From: Octopus vulgaris
Taxonomy: Eukaryota
Direction of reading: 5' to 3'
NCBI GenBank assembly: GCA_951406725.2
Contig: OX597819.1
Coordinates: forward strand, 40,424,001-40,488,000
DNA length: 64,000 nucleotides
A program made the translations under genes and the position numbers. Shown piece by piece: positions 25,950 to 39,702 of the stretch. A model generated the notes under the pieces. It did not search any database. It was not told the DNA's origin and worked only from the letters and a program-made list of their open reading frames with translations. Positions within the stretch are counted from its first letter, which is position 1; every line of letters starts with the position of its first letter.

Positions 25950-26481
25950 TACTATAGCCCCAGTTGGCTAAAGCCTTGTGAGAAGTAGACAGAAAGTGAA
26001 AGAAATCCACTGTGTGTGTATGTGTGTATATGTGAAAGCATGTATGTGAAGGCATGAGTGCGTGTATATATGTGTGTGTGAAGGTGCATAGCTTAGTGGT
26101 TAGGGTGTTGCACTTGTGATTGTGAGATCGTGGGTTCGATTCCCAGACTGGGCATTGAGTTGTGTTCACGAGGAAAAAACTTCATTTCACATTGCTCTGC
26201 GAGCATTTCGACATCTGACATGTGGCACCCATTGCACCTGTGCAGGTAATGTCGATCCGATGGAGGGAGTGAGCTTGTGTCTACACAAACATTTGATCAC
26301 TATAAACAAATAATCTGTGTGGTTCAGTAAGAAATTGTCGAACTATCATATGTCATCTAACGACAGGAAAGTCTATCATATATATATATATATTAAGATG
26401 TTATTGTGCGTTAAATTCAACTTACGTTGAAAGTCAACAAACAAAGTTTGCTTTAGAAGCGTTGAGATGTATTGAAAGATA

Positions 26482-26762
26482 CAGAAAAGGAAATAATTTT
26501 ATTCTCAAACACAGAGTATAATGCTAATAATAAAGCATGAACAGAATAAGCTATCTATATTTTACAGAAAAATCTGTTGGCAGCCAGCCATGAGCCTCAG
26601 ACTTACACCCCTATGATTCTTGATGCGTAATTACAGGGATGTGAGTCTGAGTCTCATGGCTGGCCACCGACAGATTTTCCGCAAAATATGGATAGTTTAT
26701 CCTGTTCATGCTATATAATTAGCATTATCCTGCATTTGAGAATAAAATTATTTCCTTGTCTG
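26482..26762. mobile_element. Palindromic MITE with TA target duplication
   Basis: About 130-bp imperfect inverted arms (cagaaaaggaaataattttattctcaaa ... tttgagaataaaattatttccttgtctg), with TA on both sides. Confidence 0.85.
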
Positions 26763-27961
26763 TATATACTTACATCTTAGATCCATAATGGCATCTGATG
26801 TGGCTTTTTAAACCAGACAATGTATTGAAAAGACACCCACATATATTGCATATGTGATTTGGACCACCAAGAGCTGCAGTTAAGTTCTGATCTTTGTGGA
26901 TCTTAAAATGTCTTTTAAGGTCTCCTTTAGATATAAATGGGAGAAAGAAAATGGAATTCATGAGACTCTTTATTATTCACTATGATCACTTTGACCCTTT
27001 GTGTACCATTGCTTCAAGGGTAAAATGCTGTTCAGATATGGTACATCATCGGTGCAGATGTGTCTCATCAGGTGATTTGTTAAAAGAGGCACCTTGTTTT
27101 TTCATCTCTGTTTCGCTTATTTCTGTTAGAATACATTTTGGTAGTTATAATGTGCTGCTCACCTGCATGAGGAACTGGGGTGCATTATTGTCTGTGCAAC
27201 AGTCATGGAAACAGTATCTTTCCATTTCAATCTTCTTTGAAAACATATCTGGTCAAGGGGAAATATTACCTTACTTGGAAACAAGTGAGAGTTGGCAATA
27301 AGAACGGCATCTTGCTGTAGAAAATTCACCTCAACAAATCCCATCCAACTCATTGCAAGTACGGAAGAGTGAACATTAAGACAATCATGAGACAACTACG
27401 CTAACAATTCCAATGAAAAAATAATTCACACATTGGCAGAACACTTTCAGAACTAAACAGCTCAAAAATCAGCATTTCTAAATTCTGATTTTGTCAAGCA
27501 TGGTTCTGCTGACTACATTCCTTAAGTTGTTCCCAAACTTTTACCATTGCAATCCATTTCGGAAATTTTCTTATCCTCATAGAACTTTTTGAAAAATATT
27601 TCATGGAAAACAATTTTTTCAAATATTTAATAAAATTATCATTTGATAGTTTACTTGGAAAACTATTCCTCAGTTTTTGTTGTGTAATAAATGATGTGTT
27701 GTGGCTCTTATGCCCTATGGCTTATTGTGAATCATATATTCATGAACATTTTATCAAATATTCCTTAAGTTGACGAATTTGTCTTTGTGATGCTTTCAAA
27801 ATTAAACTGAGATCCAATTTGGGTCAATACTCTTAACAGGCTGGGCTATAATTAATGAAATAATTATTGTAGTTACTGAATAATAACATTAGAACTGATC
27901 AAATGAACAGGATGTTGTGTCGTGAATTTGTTTATTCAGATTTTACGCATGTGTAGGAGTG

Positions 27962-28126
27962 CCGTAGGAGTGGCTGCGTGGTAAGTAGTTTGCTTATGAA
28001 CCACATGGTTCCGGGTTCAGTCCAACTGCATAGCACCTTGGGCAAATGTCTTCTACTATAGCTCGGGCTGACCAAAGCCTTGTGAGTGGATTTGGTAGAC
28101 AGAAACTGAAAGAAGCCCATCGTATA

Positions 28127-28185
<59 letters not shown>

Positions 28186-28397
28186 GTGTTTGTGTGTCTG
28201 TGTTTGTCCTCCCAACATCGCTTGACAACCGATGCTGGTGTGTTTACATCCCTGTAACTTAACGGTTCGGCAAAAGAGACCGATAGAATAAGTACTAGGC
28301 TTACAAAGAATAAGTCCTGGGGTCGATCTGTTTGACTAAAGGCGGTGCTCCAGCATGGCCACAATCAAATGACTGAAACGAGTAAAAGAGTAAAGAG
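27962..28397 (+). mobile_element. tRNA-derived SINE, near full length; other copies include 46217-46585(+), 50963-51375(-), 52166-52597(-), 54780-55197(-), 30240-30720(-), 61925-62270(+) and many fragments
   Basis: A-box tggctgcgtggtaag and B-box ggttcagtcc, an internal (TA/TG)n tract, and tail ggcggtgctccagcatggcc...gactgaaac..gtaaaagag. Repeated more than 15 times in the window. Confidence 0.9.
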
Positions 28398-31300
28398 TAT
28401 GCAAGCGTGGCTGTGTGGTTAAGGAGCTTGCTTCCAAACCATGTGGTTACAGGTTCAGTCCCACTGATTGGAACGTTGGGCAAATGTCTTCTACTATAGC
28501 TCCGGGCAGACAAAAGCTTCATGAGTGGATATGGTAGAGAGAAACTAAAAGAAACCAATTGTGTGTGTGTGTGTGCGTGTGCATGCACTCTTGTCCTGAC
28601 ATCATGTGATGGGTGTAAACAAGCATCATCATCATACAGACAATGTCGTTCATTTTCTGTCTTCTATAAAAAGAAATGTGTTGCTATGGTAAATATTACC
28701 TTGTTTGGAAAAGGTGAACCATGGCAACAGAAAGAGTATTCATAGAAAATCTGCCTTAACAAATTCCTTCTAAGTCATGCAAGCATGGAAAAGTGGACCT
28801 TAAATAATGATAATATAGTCCTCATTACTAACATCAAACTCAAGCAAACAAGTGAGTCCCTCATGCCAGAAATAACAGTCAAATCTCCCTTAAATCACAC
28901 TTTATGCTCTTTGTGTATACTTTGGACAGTGAAGTCCCTGATATTCAAAAAGATGTATGGCCATAGCTGGAATGCCATTAATCATAGGTCTGCTACCAGA
29001 CCTATGAAGATTGACCTGGAGCAAAACTTCAAATTAAACAACTAAAAAAACTACACCACCACTGTTTGCCATAGCCTCATGTTACTCTGATTAACATCTA
29101 ATCTAGGTTCACCAATCTATATTTTGGGATCAATACATGTGTTTTCCCAGTGCAACCGCTTCAAAAGAGAAGAGGAATACACTGCACGTAGTGATAATGA
29201 TGCTGTGACTGATGCTTATGATTATTTTTATGATCAACTACATTATTGTGATGGTCACCTACATTATTTATTATGGAGTAATTCAGTGGTGTATCCTGTT
29301 GTATAGAATGACGTCAGAGTTTCACTCAACAAAGTCGGTGAACCTAATTAGCCAGCAAGCTAGCAAGCTAACTTCTTGTACTTTAACATTTTTTTTCTCT
29401 TTTTTTTAGATTATTGGAGTAAATCAAATGAAGCAACTCTAGGAGTTTTTTTTTTTTTTTTTTTTTTAAAGCTTGCAACCTCATTTCTGCTCCTCGGGCA
29501 TTGTGTTTCTAAAAATCAATTGTAAGGACCAGAAAGACACAGTCTTTGTTAGTTGGGACAATATACTCATTAGGATGATCAAACAAAACTAGCACGTTTA
29601 ACCGAAATATAAAGACACAGATGCAGGCATGTGGTTTTAGAAGCTCAGTCTCACTATGTAGCACCTTAGGCAAGTATCTTCTACTATAGCCCTGATCCAA
29701 CCAGAGTGTTGTGAGTGGATGTGGTAGAATGAAACCAAATGTGTATGTGTGTGTATATATATAAATCATGAGTGGATGTGGTAGAATGAAACCAAATGTG
29801 TATGTGTGTGTATATATATAAATCATCATCATCATCAAATTTTAATGTCCATTTTCCATGCCAACATGGGCTGGATGGTTTGACTGAAAACTGGTAAGCT
29901 GGGGAGCTGCACCAGGTTCCAATCTGATTTCGCATGGTTTCTACAGCTGGATGCCCTTCCTAACGCCAACCACTCCAAGAGTGTAGTGGGTGCTTTTTAT
30001 GTACCACCGGCATGGGTGCCAGTTATCTAACACTGGCATCAACCACAACTACAATCGCACTTGGCTTGACAGATCTTCTCAAGCATGGTACATCGCCAAA
30101 GGTCTCGGTCACTTGTCACTGCTTCTATGAGGCCCAAAGTTCAAAGGATGCTTTTTATATACCACCAGCAACAGGGGCCAGTTACATCACACTGGATTGG
30201 CCATGACTACAATTTCATATATTATATATTTCTTTTAATTCTTTTACTTGTTTCAGTTATTTGACTGTGCTCATGCTCGAGCAGCACCTTAAACGGTTAT
30301 AGTTGAAGAAATTGCCCCTAGGACTTATTCTTTGTAAGCCTAGTACTTATTCTATCGGGCTCTTTCGCTGAGCCGCTAAATTGCAGTGACATAAACACAC
30401 CAGCATCAGTAGTCAAGTGATGGTGCATGGGGGAGAGGGGAAGACAAACACTGACACACACAAACATACACACACACACATATATATATATATATATGTA
30501 TATATACACACACATGTATACATGTATATATATACACATATATATATATATGTATATATATAAGCTTCTTTCAGCTTCCTTCAACCAAATCCACTCACAA
30601 GGTTTCAGTTGGCCTGAGGCTATAGTAGAAGACACTTGCACAAGGTGTCACACAGTAGGACTGAACATGGAGCCATGTAGTTGGGAAGCAAGCTTCTTAC
30701 CATATAGCCATACTTGCACCTCTATGTGTGTGTGTGTGCGTGTTTACCCTTGTCTTGATGGTTGTAAATGAGTATCACCATCATACAAGTGATGCTGCTC
30801 ATTTTCAGTCTTCCATGGAAACAGGTCTGGCAATGGGAGTTAATACTACCTTGCTTGGAAATAGATGAAGTTAGCAACAGAAAGGGGATCCAACCATAGA
30901 AGATTTGCCTCAAAAAACTTCATCTGGCTCATGCAAGAATGGGAAAGTAGACATTAAATAGCAATGATTTGCTTGCGAAGACCTGTTGAGGCAAGTGAAA
31001 TCGGAATCAAAATCGAAAACACTCAAAATCAATGGAAATTGTAGTTGTGATACCAGTGCCAGTGGCACATAAAAGAACCATCCGAAGGTGGCTGTTGCCA
31101 GCATCGCTCCGACTGGCCTCCGTGCCGGTGGCAAGTAAAAAGGATCAACCAATTGTGGCCGTTGCCAGCCTCGCCTGGCACCGTGCCAGTGGTATGTAAA
31201 AAGCACCCACTACACTCACGGAGTGGTTGGCATTAGGAAGGGCATCCAGCTGTAGAAACACTGCCAGATCAGACTGGGCCTGGTGCAGCCTCCTGGCTTC

Positions 31301-33311
31301 CCAGACCCCAGTGGAACCGTCCAACCCATGCTAGCATGGAAAGCGGACGTTAAACGATGATGATGATGATGAAACAACAAAAATTTTTAATGTTTTCAAA
31401 TTTTTGCTGGTTTCGAAAAACCATGTCTAAATGACTAATTGAAATTATCATTTATTTTTTTAAAGTTTTAAATGCTACCCCTAACACAAACCATTGAAAT
31501 GAGTGTGAAACTAGAGCCTTTTGCAAATCATGATGAAGGAAGCAAGCAGTAAATAGATGACTTCCAAGAGCAAATTCACGCCATTAACAATTGTAGCTAA
31601 AGTTTGGAAGAACTGTAGCTAAAGTTTTCCAACAATCTATAGAGGAAGTGCAAAATCCAATAAAGTTTTTATAAACTACAAGACTAAGGGATGAGAATAA
31701 TTGGGAAAATATAATGTTAAGTTTTTAGATTTCTTTTAATATTCAGCCACTTAGTCCAGGGGAGAAAGGTAGCACTAATGACCATCTATATTTTGCTAAC
31801 AGAGCCCCTAAAACAAGAGAAAGAGAGGAAGTTATTATCAAACCATGAGATCTGACCTACATGCTTGCTAAAGAGTGAACTTTACTAAAGATACCCAAGG
31901 GTCAAATGATGGTTGTTAAACTGAACAGTGGATAAAGTCTCCCACCCAAAAACAGTATCAGTTCCTCCAACTGGAATCTGCACAGTTTCCATCTACTAAA
32001 TTTCACTCACAAAGCTTTGGCTGATTTGAGGTTTTGATAGAAGACATGTGCTTAAAGTTTCAGAGAGAAATTAAGCTTGAAACCACATAATTCTCTTATG
32101 CATACTGCCAAGCCTGTGCATGGAATAATTAAAGCAAATAAGGAAATAAATTATAAATTCAATGCCAATCTAGATAAAAGAAATAAAGCTACAAAAAAAA
32201 AAAATTTCTCATAAATGATAGATCTAAAGAAAAACCAGTATTGAGAAATGTGAAAGTGCCGCACTGCACACTAATGATCAGTGAAAACTCTCTCTCCATA
32301 TCTCTTGCAATAACACCTGCAGTAGCAGCAAGAATTCATGGTTGCGTTGGTTACATGGACCTTCACCTTGTGAAAGACACAAGTGTCAGAGAAAGAAAAT
32401 ATACAGAGAAAAGCAGGCTATAGCAAGGGTAGAAAGAGAGTGAAAGACAATGAGAGACGGAGACAGAGTGAAAGCTAAAAATGGATGCCTATAGAAAACG
32501 CCAGATGTGTGACAATGAGGAAGGATGGACAGAAAGAGGGGGAGGGGATGGATGAGGGGAGGGGGAGAGAATAGAGGAATTGAGAGAAACAGAATTAGAC
32601 AGATAGAGAAACAGAGAGAGAGAGAGAGAAAGTTACAAATAGTTAGACATGTGATTGTGACTTTGAACTTGAGGAGTGACTGTAAGTGAGAGTGAGGTAG
32701 AATGAGAAAGAGGGGGAACAAAGAAAGATAAAATAGAAGTATATAGAGAGAGATGATCTACAAAGAGACTGACATGCGTGACAAATGAATCTAGAGAGAG
32801 GGAGAGAGAGAGAGAGAGAACAAGTGGAAGAAACAGAGAAAATATAAAATATACAAACCAGAGGATGGTCTGGATATTTGACAAAGACCCAGCTCAGAAT
32901 AAGAGAGGAGATAGAGTAAATGCAGCTAGACAGGGAGGTGGGTGAACAAGTGGAGGTTGTCTAAAGTGGCCAAACTGAAGGACGGATAGACAGATGGTGT
33001 GAGAAGTGGCACTTATATGTGACAATGAACCTGCAGCAAAAAAAGAGACAGAGTGAAGGTAGCTGGAGAAACAACCAGATGGGTAGAGCAGGAGATGGAC
33101 ACACAACAGACAAAAAGACATATAGATGGTGTGTGATGAGACAGTTATATGTGACAATGATTTTGGGGCACTGAAAGTGACATTACAACCAAAGAGGAAA
33201 AGAATTTTAAACAAAGGCAGTGATGCCCCAGCATGGCCGCGGCCTTTGGGCTGAAACATTTTTAAGGATTTAAAAATGGAAAAACACCTTTGTAGCAAAA
33301 GACTCTATATA

Positions 33312-34567
33312 TGGGGGTTGAACAAAATAAAAGAAACACCTTAAAATTTCAAGCAAATTTATTTTAATATGGGGTAGGACCACCTTTGACAGTAATTACA
33401 GCTTGAATTCTATGAGGTATGAACTTGTACAAAGTCTGAATTGTTTCCAAAGGAATTTTTGTCCATTCTTCAGCTAAAACAGTCTCCAGTTCTTGTAGTG
33501 ATGATGGTGGAGGATATCGACTCCTTACATGTTTTTCTAAAATGCACCATAAATGTTCAATAATATTGAGAGCTGGGAACTGTGGTGGCCAGATAAGATG
33601 TTCAACTTAACTAGAATGTTCTTCGTGCCATTCAGCAACAACTTTAGCTGTGTGAAGTGGTGCATTACCATCCTGAAAGATTGCGTTTCTCTCCGGAAAC
33701 AGTTTTGCAAGCATAGGATGAATTTGATCAGATAAAATGCTTAGTCTTGACTATTAATTCTGACATGAAGGGAAACCATTGGGCCAGCGGATTTCCAAGT
33801 TATGGGCCCCTACTATCACCGTACATCCTCCTCCATGCTTAACAGATGGAAGAAGGCAGTCTGGGTCAAATGCTTCTTTTGGCTGTCTCCACACATATAC
33901 TTGGCCAATGGTCAGAAATAAGCTAAAGGGTGACTTGTCCGAGAAAATAACATTCTTCCACTGTTATAGGGACCAATTCTGTAGGTTTTTAATCCACTCT
34001 AAACGCTTTGCAACGTTTTCTTTTGAAACTGGTGGTTTTCTGATTGCAGCCCTCCCATGAAATTGGGCTTTGTGCAGCTCCTGGTGAACAGTTTTTGTAG
34101 AAACTGGGTTCTCGGGGTGATCATTAAGCAATTTTGGGAGCTATACTTTTTTGATTCTTTCTAACCATTCATGTAAGAGTCTGATGGTCCCTATCTGAAA
34201 GTTTTGGTTTTCTTATGGAGTTTTGTTTTGATGAGGAGGTTTTTTCCTCTTTCTCAAAAGCTGTCATTACTTTCAAGACAGTACTTCTTGATACATTTCG
34301 GCAGTTTTCGTTAAACTAGCGACTGCCATATGAGCCCCAACAATTTGACTTCTTTGAAAGTCCAATAGATCTATCACTTTAATGAATTTTAATGGCCTTT
34401 TTCTGATGATATCTCAAAAGAAACAGCAATTTTAGCAAAACATATTAAGCAACACCAATAATGAATAAAAATAATATTAAAATAAACAAGCTTTTGACAG
34501 TTTTATAGATATTTCAAAATTATGATGCTATGATGCTAGGTGTTTCCATTATTTTGTCCAACCCCTG
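33312..34567 (-). mobile_element. Tc1-like DNA transposon with both TIRs and a decayed transposase
   Basis: TIR caggggttggacaaaataatggaaacacct at both ends, flanked by TA. Minus-strand remnants FSDKS, FQDGNAP and WPPQFPALNIIEHLW. Confidence 0.9.
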
Positions 34568-34607
34568 TATGGATATATGTGTGTGTGTGCGTGCATGTGC
34601 GCACGTG

Positions 34608-34645
<38 letters not shown>

Positions 34646-34809
34646 TATATGAGTGCAAGATTGGCTACGTGGTAGGTAGCTTGCTTACCAACAGCATGGT
34701 TCTGGGTTTAGTCCCACTGCGTGACCCCTTGGGTGCCTTCCACTATAGCCTCGGGCCGACTGAAGCCTTGTGAGTTGATTTGGTAGAGGAAAATTGGAAA
34801 AAGGCCATA

Positions 34810-34947
34810 GTATATAGATATATATATACATAGATATAAATAAGTACATATATATATATCTAAATAAATATATATATAAATATATGTATATATAAATAAA
34901 TACATATATATATATCTAAATAAATATATATATAAATAAATAAATAT

Positions 34948-35008
<61 letters not shown>

Positions 35009-35273
35009 TATATAAATATATGCATATATATATATAAATAAATATATAAATATATGCATATATATATATATAAATAAATATATAAATATATGCATATATA
35101 TATATATAAATAAATATATAAATATATGCATATATATATATATAAATAAATATATAAATATATGCATATATATATATATATATGCATATATATATATAAA
35201 TAAATATATAAATATATGCATATATATATATATAAATAAATATATAAATATATGCATATATATATATAAATAA

Positions 35274-35312
<39 letters not shown>

Positions 35313-35570
35313 TATGCATATATATATATATAAATAAATATATAAATATATGCATATATATATATAAATAAATATATAAATATATGTATGTATATATATA
35401 TATATATAATATATGCATATATATATATATAAATATATATAAATATATGCATATATATATATATAAATAAATATATAAATATATGCATATATATATATAT
35501 AAATAAATATATAAATATATGCATATATATATATATATATATATATGTAAATATATGCATATATATATAT

Positions 35571-35607
<37 letters not shown>

Positions 35608-35914
35608 AATATATGCATATATATATATATATATAAATATATGCATATATATATATATATATATATAAATATATGCATATATATATATATATATAAATAT
35701 ATGCATATATATATATATATATAAATAAATAAATATATAAATAAATATATAAATATATTGCACACCACAACTGTGCAAGAGGTGGTGCTATTAAGTTAGA
35801 CATGGCCTGGGCCAATAATGGCCGAAACCTATCAAAGTATCAAAGTATATAAATAAATATATAAATATATGTATATATATATATAAATATATGCATATAT
35901 ATATATATAAATAA

Positions 35915-35974
<60 letters not shown>

Positions 35975-36043
35975 TATATATACATATATATAATATATAT
36001 ATATAAATATATAAATATATATATAAATAAATATATAAATATA

Positions 36044-36095
<52 letters not shown>

Positions 36096-36245
36096 TATAA
36101 ATAAATATATAAATTTATATATAAATAAATATATAAATATATGTATATATATATATAAATATATGTATATATATATATATATATAAATATATGTATATAT
36201 AAATATATGTATATATATATATATATATAAATATATGTATATATA

Positions 36246-36312
<67 letters not shown>

Positions 36313-36342
36313 ATATAAATATATGTATATATATATATATAA

Positions 36343-36403
<61 letters not shown>

Positions 36404-36534
36404 TATAAATATATGTATATATATATATATATATATGTATATATAAATAAATAAATATATAAATATATGTATATATATATATATATATATAAATAAATAT
36501 ATAAATATATGTATATATATATATAAATATATAA

Positions 36535-36576
<42 letters not shown>

Positions 36577-36666
36577 TATATAAATATATATGTAAATATA
36601 TGTGTATATATATATATATATAAATAAATATATAGATATATATAAATATATGTATATATATATATA
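34810..36666. repeat. 1.85-kb compound (TA)n array with higher-order units
   Basis: Recurrent gcata(ta)n-aataaatatataaatatat units in the left part and gtata-type units in the right part. An ~85-bp non-TA island lies at 35760-35845. Confidence 0.95.
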
Positions 36667-38800
36667 CAAATAATTACAGAGGTATCAAGCTGTTGGATCA
36701 GGTAATGAAGGTTACGGAGAGGGTCATCGTCCAACTAATTAGAGAGAGAGTTAGTTTAGATGAGATGCAGTTTGGGTTCGTGCCAGGAAAAAGTACCACT
36801 GATGCTATATTCCTGGTAAGGCAGCTGCAGGAGAAATACCTAGCCAAAGATAAGCCCCTGTACCTGGCTTTCGTTGACATGGAGAAAGCTTTTGATAGGG
36901 TCCCCTGATCCCTTATCTGGTGGTCAATGAGGAAACTAGGGATAGATGAATGGCTGGTGAGGGCTGCGCAAGCCATGTACAGAAATGCCGTAAGTAAGGT
37001 TAGGGTTGGCAACATGTACACAGAAGAATTCAAAGTAGAGGTTGGGGTCCACCAGGTTTCAGTACTCAGCCCCCTCCTATTTATCATAGTCCTCCAGGCA
37101 ATTACGGAGGAATTCAAGACAGGTTGCCCCTGGGAGCTGCTCTACGCTGACGACCTTGCTCTAATTGCTGAGTCACTATCAGAACTGGAGGAGAAGTTCC
37201 AGGTGTGGAAGGAGGGTTTAGAATCGAGGGGCCTTAGAGTCAACCTAGCTAAAACCAAAGTACTAATAAGTAGGAAGGTAGACAATCCACAAATGTCTTC
37301 AGGAAGATGGCTCTGCTCGATCTGTAGAAAAGGTGTAGGTAGGAACTCTATAAGATGTACCCAGTGTAAGCTATGGACACATAAGAGGTGCAGCAATGTC
37401 AAAGGTAGGCTAACTGGGAAGATAGTTTTTGTATGTGGCAGATGCTCGGGAGCATTAACCTCCGAAAATCTGCAGAAAACAACTTCCATCACTTTCCGGG
37501 GGAAAAACTAGAAGTAGTTGATAGCTTCTGTTATCTAGGTGACCAAGTCAGTAGTGGGGGTGGGTGCGCTGAAAGTGTAACTACTAGAATAAGAATAGCC
37601 TGGGCAAAGTTTAGGGAGCTCTTACCTCTGCTGGTGACTAAAGGCCTCTCGCTCAGAGTAAAAGGCAGACTGTATGATGCATGTGTACGAACAGCCATGC
37701 TACATGGCAGTGAAACATGGGCCGTGACTGCTGAGGACATACGTAAGCTCGTGAGGAATGAAGTCAGTATGCTTCGATGGATGTGTAATGTCAGTGTACA
37801 TACTCGACAGAGCGTTAGTACCTTGAGAGAAATGTTGTACCTAAGAAGCATCAGTTGTGGTGTGCAAGAGAGACGATTGCGCTGGTATGGTCATGTGGCG
37901 AGAATGGATGAAGATAGGTGTGTGAGAAAGTGCCAATCCCTAGCAGTTGAGGGAACCTGTGGAAGAGGTAGACCCAGGAAAACCTGGGACAAGGTGGTGA
38001 AGCACGACCTTCGAACTTTAGGCCTCACTGAGGAAATGACCAGCGACTGAGACCTTTGGAAATATGCTGTACGTGTGAAGACCAGGCAGGACAAGTGAGC
38101 CCAGCCCACTTATGAATGCCTTTCCTTCCTTGGACACAAAAACCTGTTGAGGCAAGCGAAGTCGATATAGAACCTCATCCGACGACAGGCACCCATGCCA
38201 ACCCCCTTTGCTTGTGAAGACATGTTGGGGCAAGCGAAAGCGAAATCGAAATCGAATTGAACCAGCCAGGATCCCTGGTCTGGTGGTACGTAAAAAGCAC
38301 TGTCCAACTCGTGGCCGATGCCAGTGCCGCCTCCACTGGCTTCCGTGCCGGTGGCACATAAAATACACCAATCCGACCGTACGACAGGCACCCATGCCAA
38401 CCCCCTTTGCTTGCGAAGACATGTTGGGGCAAGCGAAAGCGAAATCGAAATCTAATTGAACCAGCCAGAATCCCTGGTCTGGTGTTACGTAAAAAGCACT
38501 ATCCGACTCGTGGCCGATGCCAGCGCCGCCTCGACTGGCTTTCGTGCCGGTGGCACATAAAATACACCAATCCGACCGTGACCGTTGCCAGCCTCGCCTG
38601 GCACCTGTGCAGGTGGCACGTAAAAAGCACCCACTACACTCACGGAGTGGTTGGCGTTAGGAAGGGCATCCAGCTGTAGAGACATTGCGAGATAAGACTG
38701 GAGCCTGGTGCAGCCTTCTGGCTTCCCAGATCCCCGGTCGAACCGTCCAACCCATGCTAGCATGGAGAACGGACGTTAAACGATGATAATGATGATGATG
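36667..38800 (+). mobile_element. 5'-truncated RTE-clade non-LTR retrotransposon (RT domain, Cys/His finger, long 3' UTR, (GAT)n tail), slightly decayed
   Basis: Motifs [65 protein letters not shown] and GRGRPRKTW. One stop at 36906-36908 and a frameshift near 37500. A ~200-bp tandem duplication in the 3' UTR (about 38180-38575). Ends in (GAT)n. Confidence 0.95.
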
Positions 38801-38894
38801 TATATATATATATATATATATACTTTATTTAAAGCAGCAGAAAATTCAACAAAACCTGTTACTCTGAGTTTCATATATATATATTTTTTTTTTT

Positions 38895-39480
38895 TTTTCT
38901 TTCTCTAGTTTCAGCTCAGAGCTGCGGCCATGCTGATGCACCGCCGTTTTGTGCTACACTGTTATTGTGAAGAACCTCGTCTAATATGTGGCATTTGGTG
39001 AAGAATGGAGTTTGATATAGCTACTCTCATTTGCACCTCTTGCCGTGAGGTAGGTTCATCTGGGACTCTCGACAGGAAGATGTCCAGCTTTGATTTAAAA
39101 ACCTGCTACATCTACTTTGTGCAAGTTCCTCAGACTCTTTGGGAGAATATTAAAAAGCTGTGGGTCCTTGAAACCCAGGCTGTTGCAGAAGCTGGTCCTG
39201 AAGCGTGATGGCATTGCTGGGATCTTTGGCACTATGCAGTGTCGTCCCGTTCTAGCATTGGTGTAGCTTACAATGCCAAAATTTGGCACAATTCCTTCCA
39301 GGATCTTCCAGACATATATTACTGCATACCTCTCCTGTCAAAGCTATCAGGAGGCGTTCGATGCTCCCTAAGGCTATACAGCAGTGGTGTACCCCCTACT
39401 GTCACGTTCTTGTTAGATTGACAGTATACAACCATTCTATCGCCCCACCACCGTACATGTCTCTACGAGAGATTTAGAAA
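38895..39480 (-). mobile_element. 3' end of a CR1/L2-group-like LINE
   Basis: Minus-strand RERYAVIYVWKILEGIVPN...LFNILPKSLRNL; tail ggcggtgcatcagcatggccgcagctctgagctgaaactag followed by an A-rich run. Confidence 0.7.
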
Positions 39481-39702
39481 TTCAATATTTCTTATATATA
39501 TATATATATATATATTTATATCTATATAATTTAGAGAAAAACCTCCATTAAACAATTCAACAGTGAAGGCCGTTATTCACACGATATAGAAAATAATTGA
39601 ATATACCATAAAAAACATTATTCTAAAAATCAATAAAGTACATAAACAATAAATATGTTTATGTACCTTATTGAGTTTTAGAATAATATTGTTTACAGCA
39701 TA

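Noticed and set aside
29309-29316. Perfect CRE palindrome TGACGTCA
   Set aside because: A single 8-mer is not far from chance expectation in 64 kb and has no supporting context.
34708-36734. Long 180-356 aa Ile/Tyr-rich ORFs
   Set aside because: Translation artefacts of the (TA)n array.
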